64,000 nucleotides of DNA from Kudoa neothunni. Taxonomy: Eukaryota; Animalia; Cnidaria. Shown in pieces: positions 23,695-36,590 of this stretch. The position numbers and the translations under genes were made by a program. The stretch's first letter is position 1, and every line of letters begins with the position of its first letter. The stretch covers positions 10,751,844 through 10,815,843 of the forward strand of contig OZ199840.1 in the NCBI GenBank assembly GCA_964304625.1. Direction: 5' to 3'. Under the pieces are notes generated by a model. That model saw nothing but the letters and a program-made list of their open reading frames with translations, had not been told where the DNA came from and ran no database searches.

Positions 23695-26587
23695 ATGAAG
23701 CTATTATCTCACATTTTAGGAATATCATTAGTTATTTTTTGTAATTACACACATAATTCCAACACTTGCTTAATAAATTTTAGCAAAATTTTTTTTATTA
23801 AATGGGGATGCTCCAGCACAATCTGCTCCTGCCCCTGTCCCTGAATCTACTCAAAAAGCTCTCAGCTACACTATCCTTAAAGAAAGCGATGGAAATAAGG
23901 TTAAAATTACTTTAAGTGGCAGTGATTATACTTCTCCAAAATGTTATATGAAAAAATCTGAAGAAAATTCCGAAAATTATGCGGAAATAAATGGATGCCC
24001 TGGAAATGATAGTGGAGCCTCTGGAAAATGTTTTAGAACCTGTTCCGGAGAAGACAATAAACTGACCTTCACTCAATTTTCCCCAAGGACCAAGTATGTA
24101 GCAGTTTTTACAGGGAGTGAAGCTGCAACTACCACTGGAAAATCTACAGGTGGAACAGTTTTTGGGCTCGAATTGCGTATATAATTATATATGTATTTAT
24201 ATAAAATAATATTAGGTTTATTGGTGAATCCGCAAGTAACAATAACAACTACAACTGCAACTTCAAATCCAAGAAAACTGAAATTAAGCACTGTCACATG
24301 CAAACAAGTTGCATGCCCCATATTTTACAAGGGAGTAAAATACGCAGATGGAACTGCTACAAATGATAGTACTAATGAGGTGGATTTTGATATGATGATA
24401 CCTCATTACGAAATGAGATGTGAGAATTATCCAAGTTTTTTTTATAAACTGCAAAACAAATATACGTTGAAGGAAATGGATGTTTATCAACCCCAATATT
24501 ATGTTAAATTTAAAGACATTGATAAAACTAAATATCAAATAAAGTTTACTAATAAATTCCCCTTCGAAATATGTCGTTTCAGTATTAAGGAAGAGTCTAC
24601 TGAAGTTAATGCGACTTCATCCAATGAATACACTTCAAATTGCGGCGGAACAGGGAAAGATTGTTATGCTCCTTGTAATGACGTAGAATTAACATTCTCT
24701 GACACAAAAGTTCTGGTTGAAGTTATGATTCAAACAAGACATTTTCCTTTAGGAAAAGTTGATACAAATTACGTTGGATACATACAAAAGAAATTTGGTA
24801 ATAGATCATTATTTTTATTTTTAAATACTTGATATTAGTCATTACTAAGTCCCCCACCGCTGATGGGACGTTATTGTCCACTTTCAAAAAAGATGGTGTC
24901 ACTTTAAACGTTCCTTTATTTAATCCAACAGACAATCCTAAATTTGGAAGTTGCACGGTGACGCATTATGCAGCAGACAAACCGGCTCCTACTAGCGGTG
25001 AAAGAACAAATTGTGTAAATTCTGGAAGTTCTGGTAGTACTCAATGCGGAGATACATGTACATCGGCTTTGACGATAACAGGATTATCTCCCGGAAAACC
25101 ATATATATTTCTTATAGCAGCCGGAGTATCTGATGGAATAAAGGAAGGTTTTAAGGAAAAAATATTCTTTAGAACAGGTATATAATTTTAATATTTAATT
25201 TATTGTAAAGTATGCTAAGAAAAAGAAGATTCAAAAACATTTCCTCCAGTAACACCAACGTTAAGTGAGACAGCGGCCTCAATCAAAGCCATATCTGGAG
25301 ATGACACATTGACAAAAGATGACGCTACATGCGCCTATTATATTAGTCCACGCGGGAAGGATGTTTATGTTTGTGCAATGTGCATTGATAGTTATCCATG
25401 CCGAGGTTTATGCAGGGAAACTCAGACTATTGTTGGATTGAAGCCAGGAAGTGAGTATGACCTTAAGGTTGTTGCACATAAAGATTATGGGTTCAAAGTA
25501 CATCCAATTACAACAAGTATATTAACTAAGATAAATTGAATGAGTTGATTTATAGCAAAATCAACATTCACATTAACAAAGGAATTTGTCGACAAGGGTT
25601 TCAAAATAGTAGGCACATTGTCTACACCTGATGCAGAGGCTAAATGCCACTACAACGTGGAAGTTAAGAAGGGAAATCAGTATACTTTAATTCACCAATG
25701 CCCCCAAGCACCAATTTCTCCAAAACCAGCTGAAACCCCTTCCAATAAATCAAAGCTTTCCAAAATTATGGTCGCTAGATCAGCAACTGATTCGACTTCC
25801 CCTCAATCGAGAAAAACGACCTCAAATATGCCCACCTATTGCACTGAGCCTCCATCATGTTCTGAGATATTATTCACAACTAATTATGATCGCTCTAAGA
25901 AATATCGTGTGGTGGTAACTAAGGCAGGAGCACACGACGCAAATATTGAAATTCCGGAAAGTAAAATTTTTGCTTTTATTAAAAAATTAAAATTTGTATT
26001 ATAATATAATTATTATAATTAGATCCTATTGTAAAAAACCAAGATATAACTAAACAAATTATTATTAGCATTGAGCGTGATGGAAACAAATTAAAGGTTA
26101 CGTCGGCACTACCACAGCAATTCGCTGAGAACACATGTGGATGGGAATTAAGAGACTCAACCAATCCTGAGAACATTTTAGTTAAATCATGTAATGGAGA
26201 AAACGATGGAGGTTGTGAAACCCTTCCTAAATGCAAAGAATTTGAAATCACAAATGTTGAGGATACAAACGATTACCATTTGACAGTTTATGTTAGCAGT
26301 GATAAAACAATCAATGGAAATAGCCAAATTAAGAAAGGTATATGTGTTATATGCTTAAATTATCAAATTCTTCTTAGGAGAAAGTTACGACACAATGAAA
26401 TCAACGTAATTTAGTTGTATTTATTTTTGTCTTTTATAACACTTATTTAGATCAAAAAACACTATGTAAATATATAATATATGTATTTGTAAATATTTAA
26501 TGATTTAGAATAATAATAGTCGCAGCCGCTGTAGGTGTGGTTATTCTAGCTGCCGTTGCTGTGGTTTTCATAAAGAAAAGGAATTAA
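23695..26587 (+). CDS. Family gene A1: Cys-rich FN3-like repeat type I membrane protein, 10 exons, 832 aa
   Basis: Introns 23741-23783, 24177-24215, 24798-24838, 25178-25219, 25517-25555, 25961-26022, 26338-26377, 26406-26450 and 26466-26508 are all GT-AG and give a 2499-nt open frame. Signal peptide MKLLSHILGISLVIFSKFFLLNG; FN3-like motifs FSPRTKYVAV, GLSPGKPYIFLIAA and GLKPGSEYDLKVVAH; TM plus tail IIIIVAAAVGVVILAAVAVVFIKKRN*. Confidence 0.88.
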
Positions 26588-26959
26588 CCAGCGATTTATT
26601 ATTTAATTACAGATTTTATTTATCAATTAATATAATATTTTAATAAATCATTTAATTTATATTTTCGTTTCTATAGCAATTCTCTCTAAATTTTCAGTTA
26701 GCTCACTTAAAATATAGAAATTTTGTACCCATTTGAATAAGTTATAAAATAAAAAATAAAAAATCGTGTTTATCTCACTTAGATGCTTATATAATCCTAA
26801 TAAATTATTTTATACAACAATATAATTTTAGTTGATTTATATTTAACTTAATTAGCTATGTATGATAATTGCAGAATTGTATAATTAATTTTTACTCTCC
26901 AATGCGTAGAAATTTGAAAAAACCAATATTAAAATCAAAATATGATAAATTAAACAGTT

Positions 26960-28600
26960 TCCCTTTATCCATGGTCAATATATGCTTTAATTATGAAAAA
27001 CTACGTTCAACTGCGATCGAAGGCAGTAGAATTAGAGTTAATCTAAAGCAACTTTTGAAAGTATGGGATACTTTCTAGTATACTCTTCTTTCGACGTAAT
27101 TTCAAAATTTTTTCCTTGATCGTAACATTTAGGGAACTTTATATATTCGCTCTTGAGTCCATCAGTGTCCTGGCTTTCAACATAAGGAGAAATTAGTCCG
27201 AAATTAACATTTTTAAAATTAGGACTGCATAGATCAAGAACATCCATCGTTTTTAAGAAATCAGGTGAAAAGAAACAACCATCAGTCTGCTTTGTCATTA
27301 TTATTGATAGTTCCAAAATCAAAGAATCGATGAATTGTGTCATCTTCTGAAGGATCTTTTGTCGACGACCAAGAGGCAATATTGAAATAACATTTTCATA
27401 AGTGCTTAATATTTCTTCTTTAGGAATATTATATTTATTGTTTATCCAATTGTAAAGTTATGTAAATCCAAAGGAATTATCAGATTCAATTAAGGATGAG
27501 AATTTGTATAATGGATCAAGAGAAGATATTATAATTATAAATTGTATATAAATAGAAAATTCGTTAAAAGATTCTTCGGAGAGTTCAATGTATTCAATAA
27601 ATTTGGAGAGAGATTTGTGTCCAGATTCCAGAAAAAGTTCTTTTATTACTGGAAAATAATATCTACATCTACAGCAAAGAAAACACTTGTAAAGCTGTAC
27701 CACCTAATGTCGAGCATTGTTGGAATTTCTTTACGACATTCGATTTTTTGTTTAACCAAATAATGCAAAAAGCTAGTTTTTACTTAGAAATGCGTAAAAT
27801 TTCATACAGAAATGTTTGGCATCGAGGAATACAGTATCTATTGATTTTTTCACTGATAAATGGATAAGATTTGAAAACACGGTATCCAAATAATATTATG
27901 ATAAATGGTAGATATACTTCTGTAATATTTTTTCATATATGGTGCAGAATTAGATACAATTGTCATACATTGTTTCCGACACTTCATTGGCAATTATAAT
28001 GGCATTGCATTCGCGGAGAATTTTCAGATCAAGCATAAGTAATTTCCTCGTTGATGTCTCATGATCGTAAAAACAAGCCAAAATATTTAGCAAAGTCCTA
28101 TTTCTAAGATTTGGCGATTCATCGATAATGAAAGAAAATCAATTATTTTTTAGCAATAATTTCACACATTCATTATTTTGTTGAAATAAATATGGCAATT
28201 GCTTTTCAACCAAGGCTCGACCATTAGGTAATGATCTGGAAGGCACACAGTATTTGGAAAAAAACCTGCGTAATGTACTTTTTTTTATCAATGGAAGGTC
28301 ATCATATACAACCATGGAAATCAAATATATTTCGATAACAATGTTGTTCTTATCTCTAAAAAGGAGATTAAGAACTGGTCAGGAATTTTCATGAGATAAT
28401 TTCGTAGATATATGTTTTTTCGAGTTGACGTGTTCTACAACTCTATTTAGTTGCATACGTAGTTTTATTTTACAATATTTGCAAACAAGACTTTCACCCA
28501 TGATTTCGGAATCAACTTATTCTGACAAAAAATTGTCAATTGATCTTCGCTTTCTACCCATCTTAGATTTAAACTTCTAGCGAAGAAGGCCGGAAAATTC
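26960..28600 (-). mobile_element. Decayed hAT-superfamily transposase (possibly CGGBP1-related type)
   Basis: Fragments include FSFIIDES (first catalytic Asp region), LRRFFSKY...LP...LVEKQLPYLF, N-terminal EHVNSKKH (zinc-finger-like end) and C-terminal SIAVERSFS (hAT dimerisation motif). Many stops and frameshifts. Confidence 0.65.
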
Positions 28601-29499
28601 GCGGAAAAATAAACGTCGAAATTAAAATTTTTTAAAAATTCGACGATTAAAATCGATTTTAATCGAAAACGGCAATGCCTACTTATACGTAACTTCACAA
28701 TTATCTCTAGTTCAGCAAAAATCTGGGAACCGTATATCATTTTAAAATATTTTTAAATCGATATCAACTTGAATATATTTCAATGAAAACACACAACAAA
28801 TATTAAACATAAAAAGGTAAAATAAGTATTTGTGGTATTACTCAAATCCCAAAGATCTATTGTTAAAAAACATTCGTATTCCATGTTTTCTATTACTTTC
28901 TCAATATAAATTTTTCAATAAAAATAAGTTGCTGCCATTGCATCACCTCAAACAAAGAGGAGAGAAACCACCAACATGCCTGGGAGGAAATGAATCATAT
29001 TTTGTGTTGATATAGAAAGTTTATTGATTTCGTTTTTAAGAATGAATTTTAAAGTATGATTTTATAAAAGTCCTTCAAATAACAACAAAATAAGAGAATT
29101 TAGCTTGAGTTTTGTTTGTTACAAAAGAGTATTAATATTCGACATCATTATAATATAATAATTACATTAATACTATTTTCATCAAAATATTTGTTTGAAA
29201 CATAAAAGAATAAGATACTTACTTAATTTCGAAGTTGAACTTAAATTTGGGTCAAAGAAACGTCAGAATATTATTGTAGATTTTAGTTTATTTAATTAAA
29301 TCCATAACTTAATATTTATAATTCTATGTTCCATTAAAAATCAAGAATATGAAGAAAAAAATAAGTTTAATAATAAAAAAAAATATATATTACTTTTAAC
29401 GGAGAATAAAAAATTGATGTTGAAAATTGATCAAACAAGAAAAAATTATATAAACTTATAAACATAACAAAGTTAAATTAATATTAATAATAATCCGTC

Positions 29500-30226
29500 A
29501 AAAATAGTTTCATTCTTAGAGATCATCCACAATTATTAACTTTGTTAGTAACTGTTATTTTAATTAATTACAAATTTTCCAATTACTAATCATATTTTAA
29601 GCACATTTTAGGAGAAAATTTATCAAATAACGCTCAATAATTATCTCTAGTAGTGTAGTTTTTCGACAATAAAATTCATGATATTAAAAATACTTATATA
29701 GCCTTACTTTGGATAAAATAAAAATGAAAAAATACTATGAGGATCGAGAAATTTTCAATATTACACATGCCAGAACAACTGTTTATAATGACTTATTGTT
29801 AATTTTTTTAATTATAATACCATGAAAAAATAAAATAAACCTTTTAGTGCACGAATTGTAATCACATTCATATTCCTTCATAGTGGAATATAGAAACCAA
29901 TGTTTAACATGAGGATTATGTTGCTGACTTCACCATCATGTATGCGATTTGAAGAAAAATTTTGATACGCTCCAGATGGGAAGAGCATATAAGATTTTTT
30001 AGAGCCGCTTTCGACGAAAAAAGTTGCAATGAAACTATAAAAATAGAGGAGTCACACGCCCCGCAATAACCCGCTTACGACTTAAGTTAACTAAAACATA
30101 AATTTGTAAAAATTAAAAAATTTTATAGAAAAAAATGTAGTCACATGTTTTTAAATTCAGATTTGAAATATCTGAAGTAAGAAAAAAGATATTCATCGTC
30201 TTAAGAATCGACGGCCCCAGAAGGGA
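29500..30226 (+). mobile_element. Repeat remnant, probably a piggyBac 3' end; inverted copy at ~48650-49200
   Basis: 29760-30073 aligns to the reverse complement of ~48657-48970 (e.g. GAAGAAAAATTTTGAT..CTCCAGATG..AA.AGCATATAAGATTTTTT). It ends in GACGGCCCCAGAAGGG. The family assignment is weak. Confidence 0.4.
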
Positions 30227-32984
30227 TTATACGGTCTCGTTAGAATAGCCAGTGCCTTATTTAATTTAATATTCCATATTAGACAGAAAAAACAACTCTT
30301 ATACAATAATTTCTAACAGATAAAATTCTTTTTTAGCATATATAATTTGTATGGGGGAAAATTAGGAATAGTTTATATTCTATTGAAATATTATTTATTT
30401 AGAGTATTCTGTAATATGAATACATATAGCAGGCAAAATGCATTGTTTTGATAATCCATCTACTATCTATATACAGTCAAGATTTTGTATTGCGTAATTT
30501 TTGGGACCGATAAAAAATTATTCAATATCGGGTCATATTGATTTTTACGTTACGCATTATTAAGTCAGGGGAACATAGAAAAAATATTTTTTAATTCTTT
30601 TTAAACGGAATAATTTATTAAACGAAATAAGGATAATGATTCAAAATTTAATTCCAATGCAATTATTTTCAACATGAAAATTTTAAATTACTTATTAATG
30701 AATTACGATATATCCAATATCGACTATTTTTTAAATATTTAGGATGATACTTAGGCGCTGAGTATCTGTGTTGTTATAAGGGGGCATTATAGTTTATATC
30801 CGATAAAATAGTATTTTGAGCCAATGAATGTTCTTTTCTGAAGTTATGATATAGATAAATAAATTTCGCAATTTTTAAGATTCCACAAAATTATCTTACT
30901 TTTAATTTCATAATCTCGATTGTTAAAGTATAATACTTAAAAAAAATTTTAAACTTTATCCTGACTATGGATTAAGTGAAAGTATTAGTGTATTTTTCAA
31001 ACAAAAATATTTCTACTAAGAAATGAAACTGGGAATTTTGCTCCAATGCTTTTATATTTTTCTAATATAGAATGGTTATTCCATAGAAAAATGTTAGATC
31101 ATGTTTTTTATGCGAGTGGAGTTAGCGATTTTCTTGTGACAGCATGATCATTGTCATGCAAAGAATTTAAGATAGAATATATTTTTATTTTTCCATGAGA
31201 GAACTTTTTGGTTACTTATTCGCCATAATTATCAAAAATAAATAATCAGTGCTGACATAATTGATGCCATTAAGAGTCTGAAAGTATCCCGAATAAAATT
31301 ATCCTTATGAAAATTACAGATGATGATTGTCGACTATGCAATCATTCCACCTCTTGGCAAATCATGTAATGCCTATTACAACTTAGGAACCGAACTCAGA
31401 CTTTACCAGTTGGCTGAAACTAAAAATTCTAAAGCAGTTAGATGAACTCACGAAATTTCTCCATAGGTGGTGTGTCGATAAAGTTACAACCCAAGTGGTT
31501 TAGGCAACCGTTGATTTTTAATATTGCGATGAATTGAAATAATAATAATAATAAATACCTTGATGAGAATTTTAGACTTAAATAAATTGCCGTGTAAGAA
31601 TGAATTTCAAAAAGACAACGCTACCAACGTTTTGGTGTCACCAAGTCAAATGATACCCCCATATTTCTCAAAAAGCTATGTAGGTATATACCATTTGTTC
31701 AACTTACCTATACAAATAATCTTTTTCAAGATTAATCAATAACGAATGTACGGTACTAAACTAACTTCATGTGAAGACGATATGCGAGTGGCACCTTCTA
31801 AGACGACCCCGCATATTTCGGTGTTAGTTTTGAAAGAAAGCAACAGAAACCTCATTGATATTAAATACTCTTCGATTTTGTGCTAGAATTTTTTTATTTA
31901 TGTCTTTTAATCTTTCGTCTGTTCAATAAGTTTTGTTCATTATTTTAAATAATTAAAATAATTATCTTATGAATTTAAATTCACAGACATATTTCACAAT
32001 CGCACAGCTCCATGCATTTGATAATGTTAAGAATCACTGGAATCGACTTGCATTTTTAAGTTAAATTACATATGTATAATTAATACAATTTTAAGATAAT
32101 AAATTTATATAAATAATTATCAGAAGATCAAAAGATAATAATAGTTGATATTATTACTATTTTTTCCTGGTTATAAAATTCAAATTGATGGAATGCGTAA
32201 TGAAACTTTTTAGATAAATCATGAATAGAAGGTTTTAAATGCACAGGTTTTATGAATGGTGAGTTTATTTCGTACTCTCAAAATATTATGATAATAATTC
32301 TCACTCAAATTTTAGGAAAAATGAAGAATTGTAATATTTTTGAGGTACAACATACTTTACTGTTGTGATTACTTATGATAAAATCACGCAGAAAAAGGCT
32401 CTTTTTTGTTATTTTATAAACATAGAGTGAAAAATTAATTTTTCGCATTATTTTACTTTCGATCTTTATATAAAAATAAAAAAATATAATTATATTGAAG
32501 ATAATAACAATGCAGTTTTCCCAACATAAAATTATTTTTAGGTAATTCAATTTAATTTGAATATCATTTTAGTTATAAATTATACTTATTTTCTTAACAT
32601 GGAAAAATAGATACATAATTTAGTTCTGATTAAAATAAGGGTTTATTGATTAAAATATTAATGAATCAATTAGGGATTTTATGTTATGCTTAAATTCATT
32701 AGTATTAATACATTCATTCATTACATCATATTTAATCAATGAACGGTTAACATGAAGTATTGTTATTGTTTTTATGCTATAATCATATCATACTAAATTA
32801 ATATAATAAATTCATAATTTTCATAGGTTACTTAAATAAAAATTATATCGTTTATATTATATTCAACTTTAATTTAACTAGTAAATATTATAATGTTTGT
32901 TATATAATAGACTTCAATATAATTGAATAACCCTATTTGAACAAATGTAACGACAACTTCCGTGAGTAAATTAGACTCAATACA

Positions 32985-35872
32985 ATGAAGCTACCATCTC
33001 ATATTTTGGGAATATCGTTAGTTATTATTTGAAATTACACACATAATTCCAACAATTGCTTAATAAATTTTAGCAAATTTTTTTTTATTAAATGGGGATG
33101 CTCCGGCGCAACCTGTTCCCTCACCTTCTCAAAAAACTCTCAGCTACGCTATCGTCAAAGAAGGTGATGTTAAAAAGGTCAAAATTACTTTAAGTGGTAG
33201 TGACTATACTTCTACAAAATGTTATATCAAGAAGTCTGTTGAAAATTCTGAAAACTATACCGATATAAATGAATGCCCTGGAAATTCTGTAAGTGGAGCC
33301 TCTGGAAAATGTTTTAGAACCTGTTCCGGAGAAGACAATAAATTGACCTTTGATAAATTTTCACCTAGGACTAAGTACGTAGCAGTTTTTACAGGGAGTG
33401 ACGCTGCAACTACCACTGGAAAATCTACAGGTGGAACAGTTTTTGGGCTCGAATTGCGTATATAATTATACTCGTATTTATATAACATAAAATCAGGTTT
33501 ATTGGTGAATCCGCAAGTAACAATAACAACTACAGCTGTGACTACAACTCCAAGAAAACTGAAATTAAGCACTGTCACATGCAAACAAGTTGCGTGTCCT
33601 ATATTTTACAATGGAGTACAATACGCAGATGGAACTGTTGGAACTAGTTGCACTGAAGCTAATCAGAATCATGAAGTAGAATTCAATTTGATGATACCTC
33701 ATTATGAAATGAGATGTGAGCATTACCCCAGTTTTTTTTATAAACTACAAAACATATATACGTTGAAGGAAATAGACGTTTATCAACCTCAATATTTTGT
33801 TAAATTTAAAGAAACTGATAAAACTAAATACTTAATAAAGTTTACTAATAAGTTTCCCTTTGAAATATGCCGTTTTAGCATTAAAGAAGTTACTACTGCT
33901 GGAGCTGGTGCGACTACATCCCAACAATATACTTCAAAATGCGGCGGAACAACGCAAGATTGCTATGCTCCTTGTAATGACGTGGAATTAACGTTCGTCG
34001 ACTCAAAAGTTCTGGTTGAAGTTATGATTCAAACAAGACACTTTCCTTTAGAAAAAGTTGATGAAAAATACCTTGGCTATATACAAGAGAAATTTGGTAA
34101 TAGATAATTATTCGTTTTTGAATGATCTCTGTTAGTCGTGACTGAGACCTCCACTACTGGGGGACAACTGTTGTCCACTATCACCAAAAATGGTGTCACA
34201 TTAAACGTACCTTTATTTAATCCAACCACAACCCCGAAATTTACCAGCTGTACAGTTACTCATTATGCAGCAGACGAACCGGCTCCTACAAGCGGTGCAG
34301 TAACAAATTGTGAAATTTCTGGTTCCAACTGTGGCGATAATTGTGCATCAGCTCTAACGATAACAGGATTATCTGCCGGAAAGCCATATATACTTCTTAT
34401 TGCAGCTGCTGTTACTAATGGAATAAAGGAAGGTTTTAAGGAGAAAATATTATTTAGAACAGGTATATAATTTTAATATTTAATTTATTGTAAAGTATGC
34501 TAAGAAAAAGAAGATTCAAAAACATTTCCTCCAGTAACACCAACGTTAAGTGAAACAACGGCCTCAATCAAAGTCATACCTGGAGACGGAGCATTGATAA
34601 AAACTGACGTTACATGCGCTTATTATATTAGTCCACGCGGAAAGGATGTGTATGTTTGTGCAATGTGCATCGATAGCTACCCATGTCGAGGCATATGCAA
34701 GGAAACTCAGACTATTGTTGGATTGAAGCCAGGAAGTGAGTATGACCTTAAGGTTGTTGCACATAAAGATTATGGGTTCAAAGTACATCCAATTACAACA
34801 AGTATATTAACTAAGATAAATTGAATGAGTTGATTTATAGCAAAATCAACATTCACATTAACAAAGGAATTTGTCGACAAGGGTTTCAAAATAGTAGGCA
34901 CATTGTCTACACCTGATGCAGAGGCTAAATGCCACTACAACGTGGAAGTTAAGAAGGGAAATCAGTATACTTTAATTCACCAATGCCCCCAAGCACCAAT
35001 TTCTCCAAAACCAGCTGAAACCCCTTCCAATAAATCAAAGCTTTCCAAAATTATGGTCGCTAGATCAGCAACTGATTCGACTTCCCCTCAATCGAGAAAA
35101 ACGACCTCAAATATGCCCACCTATTGCACTGAGCCTCCATCATGTTCTGAGATATTATTCACAACTAATTATGATCGCTCTAAGAAATATCGTGTGGTGG
35201 TAACTAAGGCAGGAGCACACGACGCAAATATTGAAATTCCGGAAAGTAAAATTTTTGCTTTTATTAAAAAATTAAAATTTGTATTATAATATAATTATTA
35301 TAATTAGATCCTATTGTAAAAAACCAAGATATAACTAAACAAATTATTATTAGCATTGAGCGTGATGGAAACAAATTAAAGGTTACGTCGGCACTACCAC
35401 AGCAATTCGCTGAGAACACATGTGGATGGGAATTAAGAGACTCAACCAATCCTGAGAAGGTTTTAGTCAAATCATGTAATGGAGAAAACGATGGAGGTTG
35501 TGAAACCCTTCCTAAATGCAAAGAATTTGAAATCACAAATGTTGAGGATACAAACGATTACCATTTGACAGTTTATGTTAGCAGTGATAAAACAATCAAT
35601 GGAAATAGCCAAATTAAGAAAGGTATATGTGTTATATGCTTAAATTATCAAATTCTTCTTAGGAGAAAGTTACGACACAATGAAATCAACGTAATTTAGT
35701 TGTATTTATTTTTGTCTTTTATAACACTTATTTAGATCAAAAAACACTATGTAAATATATAATATATGTATTTGTAAATATTTAATGATTTAGAATAATA
35801 ATAGTCGCAGTCGCTGTAGGTGTGGTTGTTCTAGCGGCGGTCGCTGTGGTTTTCATAAAGAAAAGGAATTAA
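32985..35872 (+). CDS. Family gene A2: paralogue of A1, same 10-exon structure
   Basis: Same splice sites and open frame as A1; signal peptide MKLPSHILGISLV; the 3' part is nearly identical to A1; ends ...VVFIKKRN*. Confidence 0.88.
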
Positions 35873-36590
35873 CCAGCTATTTATTATTTAATTACAGATT
35901 TTATTTATCAATTAGTATATTATTTTAATAAATCATTTAATTTATATTTTCGTTTCTATAGCAATTCTCTCTAAATTTTCAGTTAGCTCACTTAAAATAT
36001 AGAAATTTTGTACCCATTTGAATAAGTTATAAAATAAAAAATAAAAAATCGTGTTTATCTCACTTAGATGCTTATATAATCCTAATAAATTATTTTATAC
36101 AACAATATAATTTTAGTTGATTTATATTTAACTTAATTAGCTATGTATGATAATTGCAACATTATATGATTAATTTTTCATCAAAATTTGGAGTTATTAA
36201 GGATAACCATTATTTAGATTGATTGAAAATAAAAAAGATATGGAGAATGATTATGTTCATAGTAGTATAAGATGTGTATAGAAAAATGTTAACCCTCTAA
36301 GGCAGGGACTCTCAACCGGGGTAAATTTTAAATGACAGGGGTTAGATTAATTACCATCAAAATTGGATAGGAGAAATTTTTGTACAATGGGCTTGTGAGG
36401 TACTTAAGGATTCCTAAGGAACTATATTATTTAGGGCTATAAAACTCAATACGGTAGGTGACGGCTCGTGCGCACCTGCCATGATTTAATGACTTACACT
36501 ATAGTGCGTCTAATTAAAATGAATCGAATAAAAGCATAACAATTATAATAAATTATTAAAACCTTAGTTTTCGTTTTACTTTGTTGTATA

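Larger units (their letters stand above)
20150..26890 (+). repeat. Segmental duplication unit 1 (paralogous to ~30260-36180 and partly to ~49430-53560)
   Basis: Shared blocks: CATATTAGA.AGAAAAAACAA (~20166 vs ~30274); 21570-22720 vs 30860-31990; the promoter, gene and 3' flank. The offset over the gene is ~9285 bp. Boundaries approximate. Confidence 0.8.
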
